From a virus (lineage: Duplodnaviria > Heunggongvirae > Uroviricota > Caudoviricetes), in IMG/VR virus record IMGVR_UViG_3300037483_001818: DNA of 64,000 nt; one strand, given 5' to 3'. Every line of letters begins with the position of its first letter. The first letter of the stretch is position 1. The notes under the pieces are model-generated. The model did not search any database, had not been told where the DNA came from, and saw nothing but the letters and a program-made list of their open reading frames with translations. Made by a program: the position numbers and the translations under genes. This document shows positions 10,233 to 19,695 of the stretch, one piece after another.

Positions 10233-10448
10233 TCACCGCAAGAAATGCGCGTTGGGCCTGGTCTCTGAACCTCTCTTCAACCAGTAGATTCCAAGGCCAG
10301 CTCCCGCGACCACCAAGCCGCCAATCAGCACTGTTTCCCATGGCTTCTTTGCTGGCGTGCCAGGGTTCCTGAACGCTGCCGGCAACGGTGGAATCGGATC
10401 TGGTCCGTCTCGCAGAACTTGGACTCCGTACTCTCCGCGTGCGTTCAT
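10233..10448 (-). CDS. small single-TM protein
   Basis: VLIGGLVVAGAGLGIYWL; TAGACT upstream of ATG. Confidence 0.6.
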   Translation of the reverse strand: MNARGEYGVQVLRDGPDPIPPLPAAFRNPGTPAKKPWETVLIGGLVVAGAGLGIYWLKRGSETRPNAHFLR

Positions 10449-10492
10449 GCAGCCAGTCTACTGGGTGGCGGCGCTAGTCTCGACGCCGTTTT

Positions 10493-11506
10493 CTACGGAA
10501 TCTCGAAGTCGACGCGTGCGATCGGTCGGCTCTGGTCGCCGTACGTGCCGTCGATCGTGTTCACGCCGTAGGGGCGGTAGACCGCGCTGGCGTAGTTCCC
10601 CACGTTTGCGTCGGTGATCTCGACCCAGCGCATCGGTTCACCCGAGTAGCCCCGCGCCTTGTCCTTGTACCCGTCGGCAGCGATGCGGTAGAGGCGATCG
10701 CGATCGCGGTGATCGACGACGAACAGCACGGTGTGGTGCCACCAATTCCAAGTACCGTCCTTGCGCTTGGTGGACTGCGCGCACACGACGAAGGTGGGTA
10801 GCGAGGCCCGGCGCGCGAGCAGCTCTCTCGCGTCGACGACCTTTGGATCAGAGCAGCCGGATCGCTTCGCACCGGTGCCGTCCGCCGCGATCGGCGAGCA
10901 CGCGTTGCCATAGCCGCGGTACTCACCACCGCCTGGGATCTTGTGGAGCTCGGGGCCGTCCTCCAGCAGATCGAACAGCGAGGGGATGTTGCCGCCGTGC
11001 GTATAGTCTTCGTTGCGTCGCAAGAGCCAGCCGAGGACGAAGTTTGTCCAGCTCGTGCAGTGGAACGACGAGTAGAGGCGGCCGAGCATGTTCGGCCAGC
11101 TCTTGATGTCTCCGCCGAGCTTGCCGGCACCGTACGTCACGACGAATTGTCCGTCGTGCCACAGCCCCCGCCCCGGGCCGTAGCGCGCGTGTGCGACGAC
11201 CGCGGAGACGAGTTGTTGGAACGCGGCCCACGTCGTGGCCTCGCAGGGAATGATGCTTGGCGGCGGGGGTTGTGCCGCCGCTGGTTTCTTCTTCTTCGCG
11301 ACCGCGGCGTCGAGGGCGCTGATCGTCATCGGGCCTGCGACTTCGTCGTCGTCGAGATCGGGGCGATCAGCCTGGAACGCGTGCACGGCCGCGGCGGTTC
11401 GTCCGCCATAATCCCCGTCGATATCGCCGGGATCGTAACCCGCGGCCTTCAGTTTTAGCTGGAGCTGCTCGACGTCGGGGCCTTGCGAACCTTGCTTGAG
11501 AACCAT
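10493..11506 (-). CDS. peptidoglycan-binding domain protein, putative endolysin
   Basis: PG_binding_1 motif LKQGSQGPDVEQLQ...DGDYG..TAAAV..FQ; candidate Cys/His catalytic domain (FHCTSW...HHTVLF). Confidence 0.8.
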   Translation of the reverse strand: MVLKQGSQGPDVEQLQLKLKAAGYDPGDIDGDYGGRTAAAVHAFQADRPDLDDDEVAGPMTISALDAAVAKKKKPAAAQPPPPSIIPCEATTWAAFQQLVSAVVAHARYGPGRGLWHDGQFVVTYGAGKLGGDIKSWPNMLGRLYSSFHCTSWTNFVLGWLLRRNEDYTHGGNIPSLFDLLEDGPELHKIPGGGEYRGYGNACSPIAADGTGAKRSGCSDPKVVDARELLARRASLPTFVVCAQSTKRKDGTWNWWHHTVLFVVDHRDRDRLYRIAADGYKDKARGYSGEPMRWVEITDANVGNYASAVYRPYGVNTIDGTYGDQSRPIARVDFEIP

Positions 11507-11566
11507 GGGAGATTCTACTGATGCAGGATGTTCGCCGCGATTTTGTAGCACTGCTAGGATGGCATC

Positions 11567-11788
11567 ATGTTTGAGCACCAAGGGCACGTGTTCGTGGGGC
11601 AAGCGATGGGGCACATCAAGACCGCGAGCGACGCACGTGTGGCGCAGCGCACGCCGGAGCAGGACCTCCAGATGGCCGGCAGGGCCGTCGGTCGTGCCTA
11701 CAAGTTCTTTTTGATGGCCGGCTTGACGCAGGCGCAGGCCGTCGATCGCATCGTTTCCCTCGCGCAGTCGTTCGGCTCGCTCGAATAG
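11567..11788 (+). CDS. hypothetical protein
   Basis: TAGGAT -10-like hexamer just upstream of ATG. Confidence 0.55.
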   Translation: MFEHQGHVFVGQAMGHIKTASDARVAQRTPEQDLQMAGRAVGRAYKFFLMAGLTQAQAVDRIVSLAQSFGSLE

Positions 11789-11854
11789 TTCAGGCCGCAG
11801 CGCGCGGTCAGTCGATAATTCGATCTGCGGGCGCTGCGACCACACAATGCCCGC

Positions 11855-12121
11855 ATGATGACCTGCACCGTAGAGGGCTGCGCCATGTGCGCCGGCAGAA
11901 GTTGCGCTGCCTGCAACGTGGATGACCTCTCTTCGCCGTGCGAGCACGACGTCGCCGCACGCCATCGAGGAAACCAACGGACCGTGGATGCACGAGACCA
12001 TGTTAACGAACATCTCGATTCACGAGCACCGACGAAACCGTTACCAGAGCGGTTACTCGCTGACCGCATCGAGGTCGAGCCCGCGGATCCAGATTCCTTC
12101 GCGCACTTCCTCGAGACGTAG
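11855..12121 (+). CDS. Cys-rich hypothetical protein
   Basis: CTVEGCAMCAGRSCAAC. Confidence 0.5.
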   Translation: MMTCTVEGCAMCAGRSCAACNVDDLSSPCEHDVAARHRGNQRTVDARDHVNEHLDSRAPTKPLPERLLADRIEVEPADPDSFAHFLET

Positions 12122-12229
12122 CATCGAGAAAGATCAGGCTGCGATGCACGACAAGCTGGAGCGAGATCGCAAGGAAGCCGACGATACCTTCGACAAGAAA
12201 TTCGACGGATCGAAGGACGCCTGACTACA

Positions 12230-12406
12230 TCAAGATAATGGCGAAGCGTCGCCGCGTCCGTACGATCTGAGCCCTGCGAGCACGGCTTTGAGGTCCTCGG
12301 TGCTGGAGTCGAGGGCGTGCTTCGCCGTGCCGATGGCGCTCGACAGCGCCTCCGCGGTCGCGATGGCGAGACGGACGGCGTTGATTGCGGTGTCGACGTC
12401 GCTCAT
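12230..12406 (-). CDS. small helical protein
   Basis: AAGGAG RBS; ATGA overlap with lipoprotein gene. Confidence 0.55.
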   Translation of the reverse strand: MSDVDTAINAVRLAIATAEALSSAIGTAKHALDSSTEDLKAVLAGLRSYGRGDASPLS

Positions 12407-12792
12407 GGAGTCTCCTTCAGCTTCTTGTAGAGATCGAGGGCCTTGGCGGCGGCGGCGACAGCGGCTGTCGTACTTTTGGTGTCGTCCAGCAGTGCGGCAT
12501 CGTGGACGGCGTTGTAGCCCACGTCGATCGCCTTGATGGCGACGTCGATTTTCGCGCGCCATGCATCGACGCGCGTGTGTCCTTCTTCCTTGGAGCAGCT
12601 CGGCGGGTTGCAGCTGGCGTAGAGCTGCTTCTCGCGTTCTTTGCTCAGTACGAGCACGGAGTCTCGCGCCGTGTTCAATGCAACGAGGTTCACGCGCAGC
12701 GTCTTGGTCCGCGAGCTCGCGCCGCACGCAGCGACGAAGCAAAGCAGCATCACGAGCCGGGTTGTCCGGTGTCGAAGCGTGCGTTGAATCAT
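12403..12792 (-). CDS. putative lipoprotein (possibly lysis accessory)
   Basis: Signal peptide with lipobox LLCFVAAC-G; helical body; near lysis genes. Confidence 0.6.
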   Translation of the reverse strand: MIQRTLRHRTTRLVMLLCFVAACGASSRTKTLRVNLVALNTARDSVLVLSKEREKQLYASCNPPSCSKEEGHTRVDAWRAKIDVAIKAIDVGYNAVHDAALLDDTKSTTAAVAAAAKALDLYKKLKETP

Positions 12793-12859
12793 ACTTCGAC
12801 CCTACTCCCAACGAACGCGGTGGTCCAAAAACCGGCGACAACGCGGTACGATCGTGGAG

Positions 12860-13096
12860 ATGTCCGGCACCTCGTTGTTCTCCGCGGCCAAATACACATA
12901 CCGATTGCTCTGGGACGAGAGCAAGCAGCGCTACCTCGGCGTGTGCTCCGAGTTCCCGGATCTCAAGTACGAGGCCACAAGCACCAACGAGGCGCTCCTT
13001 GGGATTCAGAACAGGGTCGCTGAAGAGATCACGAGCCTCTCGGGCCTGAAGAAACCAGTTCCCGAGCCGCTCGCGATTCGTCGGTTTGGGCCCTAG
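12860..13096 (+). CDS. hicB: HicB-like antitoxin N-terminal domain (orphan)
   Basis: YTYRLLWDE....YLGVCSEFPDL...A.S..EAL..I...V......PVPEPL. Confidence 0.7.
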   Translation: MSGTSLFSAAKYTYRLLWDESKQRYLGVCSEFPDLKYEATSTNEALLGIQNRVAEEITSLSGLKKPVPEPLAIRRFGP

Positions 13097-13650
13097 AACG
13101 CCAGGGCAACGGCGTCCTTCACGTCGACGCCGATGCTCGCCAGCGTTTTCTTGATGTTCGCGACGGCCTCAGCCTTGGTGTACTCGACGCCGTCTGCGAT
13201 CACCTTCGATCCAGTGCCCCAGATCCTTTGACCTTCGGGCAGCTCCTCGACGGTCCAGGACCACTCGTCGTCGTCGATCGCGGACAAACCATAGCCGATC
13301 TGACGTTTCGTCTGAGGTTTGGCCGCGAGCGCCTCAGCGATCTCGCGATCTAGTTGCTTCGGCGACTTCTTCGCCTCTGGCGGCAATGTCACGGTGATGT
13401 TTACCCACTGATCCATGACGGCGACGTGTGTGCGCGCACCAGGCACGGCGCGCTCTACGGCTCTTGCGTGATCTTTCGCAGACTGCACGAACTTGCGACT
13501 CGCCGGTTTGTCGCCAGCTGGATAGGTCCTGCCTGACGTGTTGTCGGCTGCCGAGAAGACGAAGGGTTCGTCTCCGTGTTCGACGAAGCCGACCAATTTC
13601 AGCATATGGCGGATTGTCGTCTGAGCAGTCGCAGGGGTCATTGTCGGCAC
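13093..13650 (-). CDS. two-domain protein with internal QLDREI tag
   Basis: KKSPKQLDREIAEAL internally; TATACT 7 nt before GTG. Confidence 0.7.
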   Translation of the reverse strand: MPTMTPATAQTTIRHMLKLVGFVEHGDEPFVFSAADNTSGRTYPAGDKPASRKFVQSAKDHARAVERAVPGARTHVAVMDQWVNITVTLPPEAKKSPKQLDREIAEALAAKPQTKRQIGYGLSAIDDDEWSWTVEELPEGQRIWGTGSKVIADGVEYTKAEAVANIKKTLASIGVDVKDAVALAF

Positions 13651-13706
13651 AAAGGGCAGTATACGCTGCCGTGGCTTGACCGTGAATGAACTCTGGTGCC
13701 GCTGCG

Positions 13707-13997
13707 TCACGCCATGCCGGTCGTGAACGTTTCGATCACGCGGTCGTCGCGAACGATCGCGATGCCGCGACTGCCCGAGAGCGCACCCCATGGACCATCC
13801 CAATAGTAGAAGGCGTCATCGGGTCGCCCCACGCTTCGGATGAGACGGGCAGGGTGCCGCGTTCCGTCGAAGCCAATCCATCCGCCACCGCCACGTTGGA
13901 TAATCAGCTCGTCGCGCTGCCACGGATCAAGGTCTGGTCGCACGGCGATCACACTTGGTGTAAGCGGATAGAGCGTCAGCCCTTGGTAGACGATCAT
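13707..13997 (-). CDS. hypothetical protein
   Basis: ATGA overlap. Confidence 0.55.
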   Translation of the reverse strand: MIVYQGLTLYPLTPSVIAVRPDLDPWQRDELIIQRGGGGWIGFDGTRHPARLIRSVGRPDDAFYYWDGPWGALSGSRGIAIVRDDRVIETFTTGMA

Positions 13998-14245
13998 GGG
14001 CGGGTCTGCCTGTAAGCAGCGACTTTTACATCGAGCTGCCGTTGGCTTTCATGAAAAGCATCGTGCCGATCAGCTTCATCGTTCGCGCCGTCTTCGCTGG
14101 TCCACTTGCCGTGAACGCCAATGCGCGCACGCATGAACCGGCAATAGTCGCAGTTCCAACGGTACCGGTCGCCAATCGGCCGCAGGATCGAGTCGCCCCC
14201 GGGCGCTGGCAGCATCTCGATGTGAGCGTAGCGTCTGTTCGTCAT
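13994..14245 (-). CDS. hypothetical protein (CDYC...H motif)
   Basis: Operon position. Confidence 0.55.
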   Translation of the reverse strand: MTNRRYAHIEMLPAPGGDSILRPIGDRYRWNCDYCRFMRARIGVHGKWTSEDGANDEADRHDAFHESQRQLDVKVAAYRQTRP

Positions 14246-14265
14246 TCACGTGCTCGTCGAACATT

Positions 14266-14616
14266 TCACCGTTTTGTCCGCTTTGTGCCAGTGGTGACCT
14301 GCGCCGCAGCTGCATAGGCAGCGTGGGCTTCGGCAGTTTCTGCCGCGGTCGGTCGTCGTGTCCGCGCGATCTTTGCGAGCTTCCGTTCGGCGTCGCGTGC
14401 GTGCTGAATGACGGCTTGGATCTTTGCTGAAGGATCGGCAACCTTGGGAGGGGAGAGCGCTTCGGCGATTGGACGATTACCGCCCGGACCGTACGTTTCT
14501 GTCTTGTAGCGGAGGCCCCCGAGGTAGCTCGATTCCGAGATGGGCTTGATCTCTGCTTCCGCAAGCGCTTCGGCGATTTCGCGGTTGAGCTGTGCCACAG
14601 ACTTTTTCTTCTCCAC
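14266..14616 (-). CDS. QLNREI-tagged hypothetical protein
   Basis: N-terminal KKKSVAQLNREIAEAL; TAAGGT 6 nt before GTG. Confidence 0.7.
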   Translation of the reverse strand: MEKKKSVAQLNREIAEALAEAEIKPISESSYLGGLRYKTETYGPGGNRPIAEALSPPKVADPSAKIQAVIQHARDAERKLAKIARTRRPTAAETAEAHAAYAAAAQVTTGTKRTKR

Positions 14617-14628
14617 GTTTGAACCTTA

Positions 14629-15297
14629 TCACCTACCTGGGTGACCTACTTCACGTGCCTGAACTTGGACAGGGACAAAGCCCTTGGCGGACAACTCGAA
14701 ATAGCCCACCGCGTTGGTCGGCCCGAAGCGGTTCTTGTTCGGGCAGCGCAGAATCCTCTCGCGACCATTCAACGTTGCTCCCTGCGACAGCTTGAGCACG
14801 ACGTCGACGTCATGCTCGATCGTCTTGGGGCCCGCGACGTCGCCTCCGCCCGTGACGTGTCCGATGAGCCAGAACGTCGTGTCGGTCGCCCTGGCGTAGA
14901 GGACCAGACGCGAAAGGCACTTCCTGAGCTGAGTGAGCGAACCTGCACGTCCGTCCACGTCTTCGCAAAGCAGCGTTTGGATCGAATCGATCGCGATTGT
15001 CCGCGCACGCATCGCTCGCGCCCCGGCGAAGATCGTCTTGAGGTTTCGTTCAGAGCGTACGGAGACGCGTGGTGTTAACGCGCCGACGCGGCGAGCCGTC
15101 CCCTCGACATGTTCGCGCGTCTCCTCACCTGACGCGTACAGGCATTGGTGCCCGAGCCCGGCGAGCACCTGGAGTGTCAGGGAAGTTTTCCCAACGCCCG
15201 GCGGAGCTGCAAGCAGGATGATGGACGCTGTCACCAAGCCTCCGCCGAGTACGTGGTTGAGCGGTGGCAGGCCCGTCGAGTTGCGCTCCAAGTTCAT
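14629..15297 (-). CDS. radA: RadA/Sms-like ATPase domain only
   Basis: PPGVGKTSL, LYASGEE, IDSIQT, LIGHVT, AGPKTIEHDVD, KNRFG; lacks Zn finger and C-terminal Lon-like domain. Confidence 0.8.
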   Translation of the reverse strand: MNLERNSTGLPPLNHVLGGGLVTASIILLAAPPGVGKTSLTLQVLAGLGHQCLYASGEETREHVEGTARRVGALTPRVSVRSERNLKTIFAGARAMRARTIAIDSIQTLLCEDVDGRAGSLTQLRKCLSRLVLYARATDTTFWLIGHVTGGGDVAGPKTIEHDVDVVLKLSQGATLNGRERILRCPNKNRFGPTNAVGYFELSAKGFVPVQVQAREVGHPGR

Positions 15298-15312
15298 CGC
15301 CAAAGCATACCG

Positions 15313-15720
15313 TTAGTCGTCGACAACCTGGGCACGCACGCTGTCGGCGCCCAAGATATAGAGGGCAAGCGATCGGTGATTGCCGCCAGCGATGTAGTAC
15401 CGCCGGCCGTGGCTTGGGATCACTCGAATGTTGTCCTTGAACTGGTACATCGCGTCGGCGCCCTTGTCGACGAGCCACCGAAGCGCTTCGCGTTGATCCG
15501 GCCAGCCCTTGTGCTTGGGCACGTCCTCGCCCACGTAGGCGGCCTTGACCTTCTTCGCCAGTTTGGTGAACGGCAGATCGTGCAGCGTTCTGAACCCGAA
15601 CACGTCTCTGAAACCGTACTTGCGGCCACGATGGACGCCGATCTCGGAGTGGGCCAGCACGAGATCGTCCATTGGGACGGTGACGAGGTCACCGGGCTTC
15701 GCCTTCTTCTTCTTGCCCAT
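15313..15720 (-). CDS. ParB/Srx-like domain protein
   Basis: YYIAGGNHRSLALYILG resembles the ParB-N G(H/N)HR motif. Confidence 0.5.
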   Translation of the reverse strand: MGKKKKAKPGDLVTVPMDDLVLAHSEIGVHRGRKYGFRDVFGFRTLHDLPFTKLAKKVKAAYVGEDVPKHKGWPDQREALRWLVDKGADAMYQFKDNIRVIPSHGRRYYIAGGNHRSLALYILGADSVRAQVVDD

Positions 15721-15846
15721 GGCCGTATCTCCGACGAGTTTATTCTGCCACGACGTCAGAGCGCCAGGTGAGCGCTGAAAACACCTGGCGAAACGAGATC
15801 TGCCGCGCGGCGAGTCAGAGGGCCGGGCGTGGGGCAGGGGACGGTC

Positions 15847-16473
15847 TCATGATGTCGTCTCACGCGCGGGAGCCGCCCAGGCGATCGCCGCTGTCTCGAG
15901 GGCGACGCGCGCCTCGGCCCGCCCCTGCGGATTGGTAGAAGCAAGCGTGCGGGCGGCGTCGAGCAGGGCGGATAGCTCGGGGCGCCGCTTATTCGGGGAA
16001 GCTCCACGCAGCCACTTGTCGTCGCGGCGCTCAGTTCGCTCATGGAGCTTGGCAACGGTTTCATACGCGCGGAGAATCGTAGGCGCCGCGCCCGACCACA
16101 CGAGGTACCACACAGCGGTCAGTGGAGCTCGTTCCTGCGCGTGGATGCAGTGAACGAGGACCTTCTTGCCGATCTGGAGCTTCCACCAGATCGTCTCCGC
16201 GATCAGATCGAGCTTGTGAGGGCAGGCGTGCCATCCATTTGGCCAGTCGACCATGAACGGCAGGTCGAGAGATCCTTCCGGCTCACGTGGCAGCTCTTCC
16301 TTGCGCTTGTAGCGCGATCGGTACTCGGTCACAGAGATGCACACCCAGTCGTCCGGGACGCGGGTACCCAGAGCCTCGGCATCTTCGCGGGTGCCGATGA
16401 AGAAGTTCGGGAGGATCTCGGTCGCCGTTGTCGCCGTGCCTGCCATGCGGATCATTGTCCCCTCGACCGGCAA
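15847..16473 (-). CDS. dual-specificity phosphatase-like protein (start uncertain)
   Basis: TEILPNFFIG; KVLVHCIHAQERAP = HCx5R. Confidence 0.7.
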   Translation of the reverse strand: MPVEGTMIRMAGTATTATEILPNFFIGTREDAEALGTRVPDDWVCISVTEYRSRYKRKEELPREPEGSLDLPFMVDWPNGWHACPHKLDLIAETIWWKLQIGKKVLVHCIHAQERAPLTAVWYLVWSGAAPTILRAYETVAKLHERTERRDDKWLRGASPNKRRPELSALLDAARTLASTNPQGRAEARVALETAAIAWAAPARETTS

Positions 16474-16491
16474 AAGAGGGAAGCGCCAGGG

Positions 16492-16836
16492 TCAGGACGA
16501 GATCGGCGGCTCTGCGTCCCCTTGGATAGTGGGGGTCAGCTCGCGAAGATCCGCGATGCAGCCGCGGAGCAGGTCCGGCATTTCGGAGGGTGCCGGCTTC
16601 GGGCCGCCGGTGCGCTTCGCGAACGTGCACATCACAAGCGCGTGCTCACGTCCGTTGATGCGGTAGTCCGCGTGCACGATGGCCGAGCGGATGGGCATGA
16701 TGCTTCCCGCCTCCGCATACTCCACTGCGATTTTGAGAACGGTGATCGCGTCGTCGCGAAGCTTCCGTGTGATGTCCGTCGGAATCGTCCACTTGGTCAT
16801 GCGGCGAGTGTCTCCAGTCACGTACATCGAGTTCAA
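16492..16836 (-). CDS. hypothetical protein
   Basis: ORF in operon orientation. Confidence 0.5.
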   Translation of the reverse strand: MNSMYVTGDTRRMTKWTIPTDITRKLRDDAITVLKIAVEYAEAGSIMPIRSAIVHADYRINGREHALVMCTFAKRTGGPKPAPSEMPDLLRGCIADLRELTPTIQGDAEPPISS

Positions 16837-16839
16837 GTG

Positions 16840-16885
16840 AGAAGCCTCGTCGGGATCACGATGTGGTGATCCCGACGAGGCTTCT
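16840..16885. terminator. perfect 20-bp stem hairpin
   Basis: AGAAGCCTCGTCGGGATCAC-gatgtg-GTGATCCCGACGAGGCTTCT downstream of the 16920 gene. Confidence 0.7.
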
Positions 16886-16919
16886 TAGGAGCGGATGCGG
16901 GGTCAGACGCCCTTGCGGG

Positions 16920-18071
16920 TCAGACGCCCTGGCAGCAACCGCCGGGCGGCACGAACTGCTCGTAGTAGCCGGTGCCGAGGATCGGGTTGCCGTTCTTGCG
17001 GCCGGTGACCGTCATCATGCCTTCCAGGAAGGGCGAGAACAGGCCGCCTGATTCGATGACCTGCCTCGGGTGCGCCATGCGCACGTCGATCTCGATTCCG
17101 TCGGCGGGGATCGAGATGTGGTTGGCGTTCTCGAGCGTGCTCGGCGGAGGACCCGCGCTCGACACGGGCGAGCCAAGGCCCGTGATCGTCACGTTCGTGA
17201 ACGTCTGCTCGGTACAGGCGGGCGCCGGACCCATCTTGTTGACGACGCGGATCAGGCTGTTGCCCGTGTCGACCGCGTACATGTCCCAGATCATGTACTG
17301 CGTGTCGTCGGCGAGGTGGATCGAGAACCACTTCCAGTAGGTGTTGTTGGCCTGCGAGCCGGGGGTTCCGATCACGGTACCCCACTGGCGGTCGTACCAG
17401 CCGACACCGGCGGCGAGGACAGCCTGCTTGCCCGGGCGCTTGATCGTGCCGGTCGCGATCATGCTGCGGCGCTGGAGGTAATACTGCGTGCCGTGGGTCG
17501 TGCCGGTCACCTGGTCATCGTAGTGGCCGATGCCGTCGAAGAAGGACGCCGACGGGTTCTTGTAGCCCTCGTATGCGATCGAGGCAGTTGTTCCATCCGC
17601 GAAGGTGAACGTGAGGTGATCGCGACCGCCACCACCTGTCGCCGTGAAGGCGCCGTCACCATCGGAGAGATCGACGTCGAAACCGCCGGGCACGTACGGA
17701 TAGCCCGGGCTCGGCATGAACGGGCCGCCACCGCCCCAGACGAACTGGTTGTGGAACTCGCCGGTCGACAGATCCGTGAAGGCGATCTGCGCGACGTCGA
17801 GGATGAGTGGACCGAACGCGAACTGGAACACGATGGTTTCGACGCCGAACGTCTTGCCCAGGCCGACGAGCACGGTGTTCCAGTACCACTGCTCGTACAC
17901 GTGAACGGGGACACCGTTCGCGTCGAGGTGGATCGCGTCGTCGGCAGGCGACACGTTCGCGCTGGCCGGCATCGGATGCGCGCACAGGTTGTGGGCATCG
18001 TTGGCGGAGGCGATGGTGCTTGAGGCGAGCATCGCGGCGGCTACAACAAACGTCAGACAGACTTTTCGCAT
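16920..18071 (-). CDS. secreted lipocalin-like / CrtC-AttH family protein
   Basis: Signal peptide; EQWYWN, GWYDRQWG, WKWFSIHL, FLEG...GTGYYE. Confidence 0.75.
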   Translation of the reverse strand: MRKVCLTFVVAAAMLASSTIASANDAHNLCAHPMPASANVSPADDAIHLDANGVPVHVYEQWYWNTVLVGLGKTFGVETIVFQFAFGPLILDVAQIAFTDLSTGEFHNQFVWGGGGPFMPSPGYPYVPGGFDVDLSDGDGAFTATGGGGRDHLTFTFADGTTASIAYEGYKNPSASFFDGIGHYDDQVTGTTHGTQYYLQRRSMIATGTIKRPGKQAVLAAGVGWYDRQWGTVIGTPGSQANNTYWKWFSIHLADDTQYMIWDMYAVDTGNSLIRVVNKMGPAPACTEQTFTNVTITGLGSPVSSAGPPPSTLENANHISIPADGIEIDVRMAHPRQVIESGGLFSPFLEGMMTVTGRKNGNPILGTGYYEQFVPPGGCCQGV

Positions 18072-18179
18072 GTGGGGATCCTCCAAATTTTGAAAGCGTT
18101 CGAGAAGCCCGAGTATGCAGCTCTCAGTTTGGAGAAGAGCATGGGCGGTAAAAAATACGGAGTTCTACGTAAGACCCGG

Positions 18180-19226
18180 TCACCTGAGCTTCGCGCCGCG
18201 CTGCGCTACGAGTACGGCCTGGAGGCGGGACGAAACGTCAAGCTTACGGAAGATATGGTCGATGTGGGTACGGACTGTGGCCGCGGAGATGAATAGGCGG
18301 CGACCAATCTCGACGTTTGTTCCGCCGTCGCAGAGCGCGCACATGACGCGCACTTCGCTCTTCGTCAAACCCGCCGTCGCGGCCCAGCGCTCAAGCACGT
18401 CCGGCGTTCCGAGGTTCCTCAGGCGAACAAGCACGAAGGGACCTCGAGCATCGGCGTTCTCCAGGAGCGATAGCGCGACGCTAGCGCGGGTGCCGGCGAA
18501 CTCAAGCGTAAGTCCCGTCGTCGTCGCATTCTTGCCCCGGCACAGCGTGCGAGCGGCTTCGGCCAGCAACACGGCGCATGCCCCTGGGTCGAAGTCGCGC
18601 CGGGCCCCGACCGAGCTCCACACGAGCTGACCGTCGGCATCGAGCAGGAGCGTCGACGCGTCCTTCTCCAGAGCCTCGGCAAGTAGTGTCAGTGCATCGA
18701 CGCGGCGGCACGCACGCTCCGCCTCCAACAACCGCTCCGACACCACTTGCAGCGACGGCAACAGGCGACGGAGCGCGCGTACATTCTCCGACGAGAAGTC
18801 TCCCTGCCGACCACTGCGGCCTATTACCAGGCCCAACCCGTCACCTCCAGCGCCGTGTTCACGCGTCTGGAGGACCGCGACGTGCTCGATCTTCCACGGT
18901 CGGTAAAGGTCGGCGTACGCGTGGCTTGCGTGAAACGTCCTGCGCGTAACCAGCCGCGTTGGCAGCATGATCGCCGTTCTCGCCGCGGACTTTGCCTCGT
19001 GCAGCGGGTCGTACGCCGCGTAGGCGCGGCTGTATTCGCTGACGAGTTCCGGCATGTCCGGGGGAGCGTACCCTTCAAGAATGCCGTCTTCACGGCCGAC
19101 GAAGCAGCCGACAACGCAAGCGTCGAACTCCTCGGCTAATGCCGGTAGCATTTCGCGAGCTAGCTGTCGAACATCGACCGCGCGTGCGCTAGCAAGCACT
19201 GCGCGCCCGAACGGCGGCATCGACAT
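18180..19226 (-). CDS. LuxR-family HTH regulator with GAF-like sensor
   Basis: LTKSEVRV...G.TN.EIG..LFIS..TVRTH...IFRKLDVSSR. Confidence 0.85.
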   Translation of the reverse strand: MSMPPFGRAVLASARAVDVRQLAREMLPALAEEFDACVVGCFVGREDGILEGYAPPDMPELVSEYSRAYAAYDPLHEAKSAARTAIMLPTRLVTRRTFHASHAYADLYRPWKIEHVAVLQTREHGAGGDGLGLVIGRSGRQGDFSSENVRALRRLLPSLQVVSERLLEAERACRRVDALTLLAEALEKDASTLLLDADGQLVWSSVGARRDFDPGACAVLLAEAARTLCRGKNATTTGLTLEFAGTRASVALSLLENADARGPFVLVRLRNLGTPDVLERWAATAGLTKSEVRVMCALCDGGTNVEIGRRLFISAATVRTHIDHIFRKLDVSSRLQAVLVAQRGAKLR

Positions 19227-19229
19227 CGG

Positions 19230-19619
19230 CTACTTCATCGGACGGAGCTTGTTCAGCTCGTCGATCGACCTCCAGAACTCGTCGAGCAGCTCACCGTACA
19301 TGGACTGGGCGACGGAGAACATGTCGATCCGAAGCCGCATCAACACCGCCTTCTGGTGTGCGCCGTCCAAGACGACCAGGCGCTGCGGCACGCTGCTTCT
19401 CCGCCAGGACGCCGACGTCTTCGCGTGGCGGAGGTCGTTCAGTTCGTCGATGGACTCCCAGAACGCGTCGAGCAGCTCTCCCCGCAGCGCCCTGGCAGCG
19501 GAGAACAGCTCGCTTCGGAGGCGGCCGACGCTTGCCTTGAGGTAGGGGTGTGGGAAGGCCGTGAAGTCCTCGAAGCTTGGCGTTGATGCGGCAGTCTGTA
19601 CGGGCGGTGGTTCGTGCAT
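19230..19619 (-). CDS. hypothetical protein with internal repeat
   Basis: GAGGAG RBS; LR..(L/M)FS.A....GELLD.FW.SIDELN.LR twice. Confidence 0.65.
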   Translation of the reverse strand: MHEPPPVQTAASTPSFEDFTAFPHPYLKASVGRLRSELFSAARALRGELLDAFWESIDELNDLRHAKTSASWRRSSVPQRLVVLDGAHQKAVLMRLRIDMFSVAQSMYGELLDEFWRSIDELNKLRPMK

Positions 19620-19695
19620 GTGGTCTCCTCTGACAGGTTTGGATTCTTTACAACCAAAAGGATTGATGTCGGCGTGTGTCGCGAGCGATCAGTGT

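Noticed and set aside
11507-12013. Long N-terminal extension of the lysin ORF in the ORF track (similar extensions at 28944-29177, 29214-29648, 37646-38362, 42022-42084)
   Set aside because: They overlap opposite-strand genes, promoters or repeats; internal starts fit domain boundaries and promoter spacing better.
12230-12792. Calling the lipoprotein plus small gene a spanin pair
   Set aside because: No inner-membrane spanin with an N-terminal TM overlapping the lipoprotein; the evidence is only proximity to lysis genes.
14010-14050. SQRQLDVKVAAY as a twelfth tag copy
   Set aside because: Lacks the KK(S/T) prefix and the REI core; too degenerate to count.
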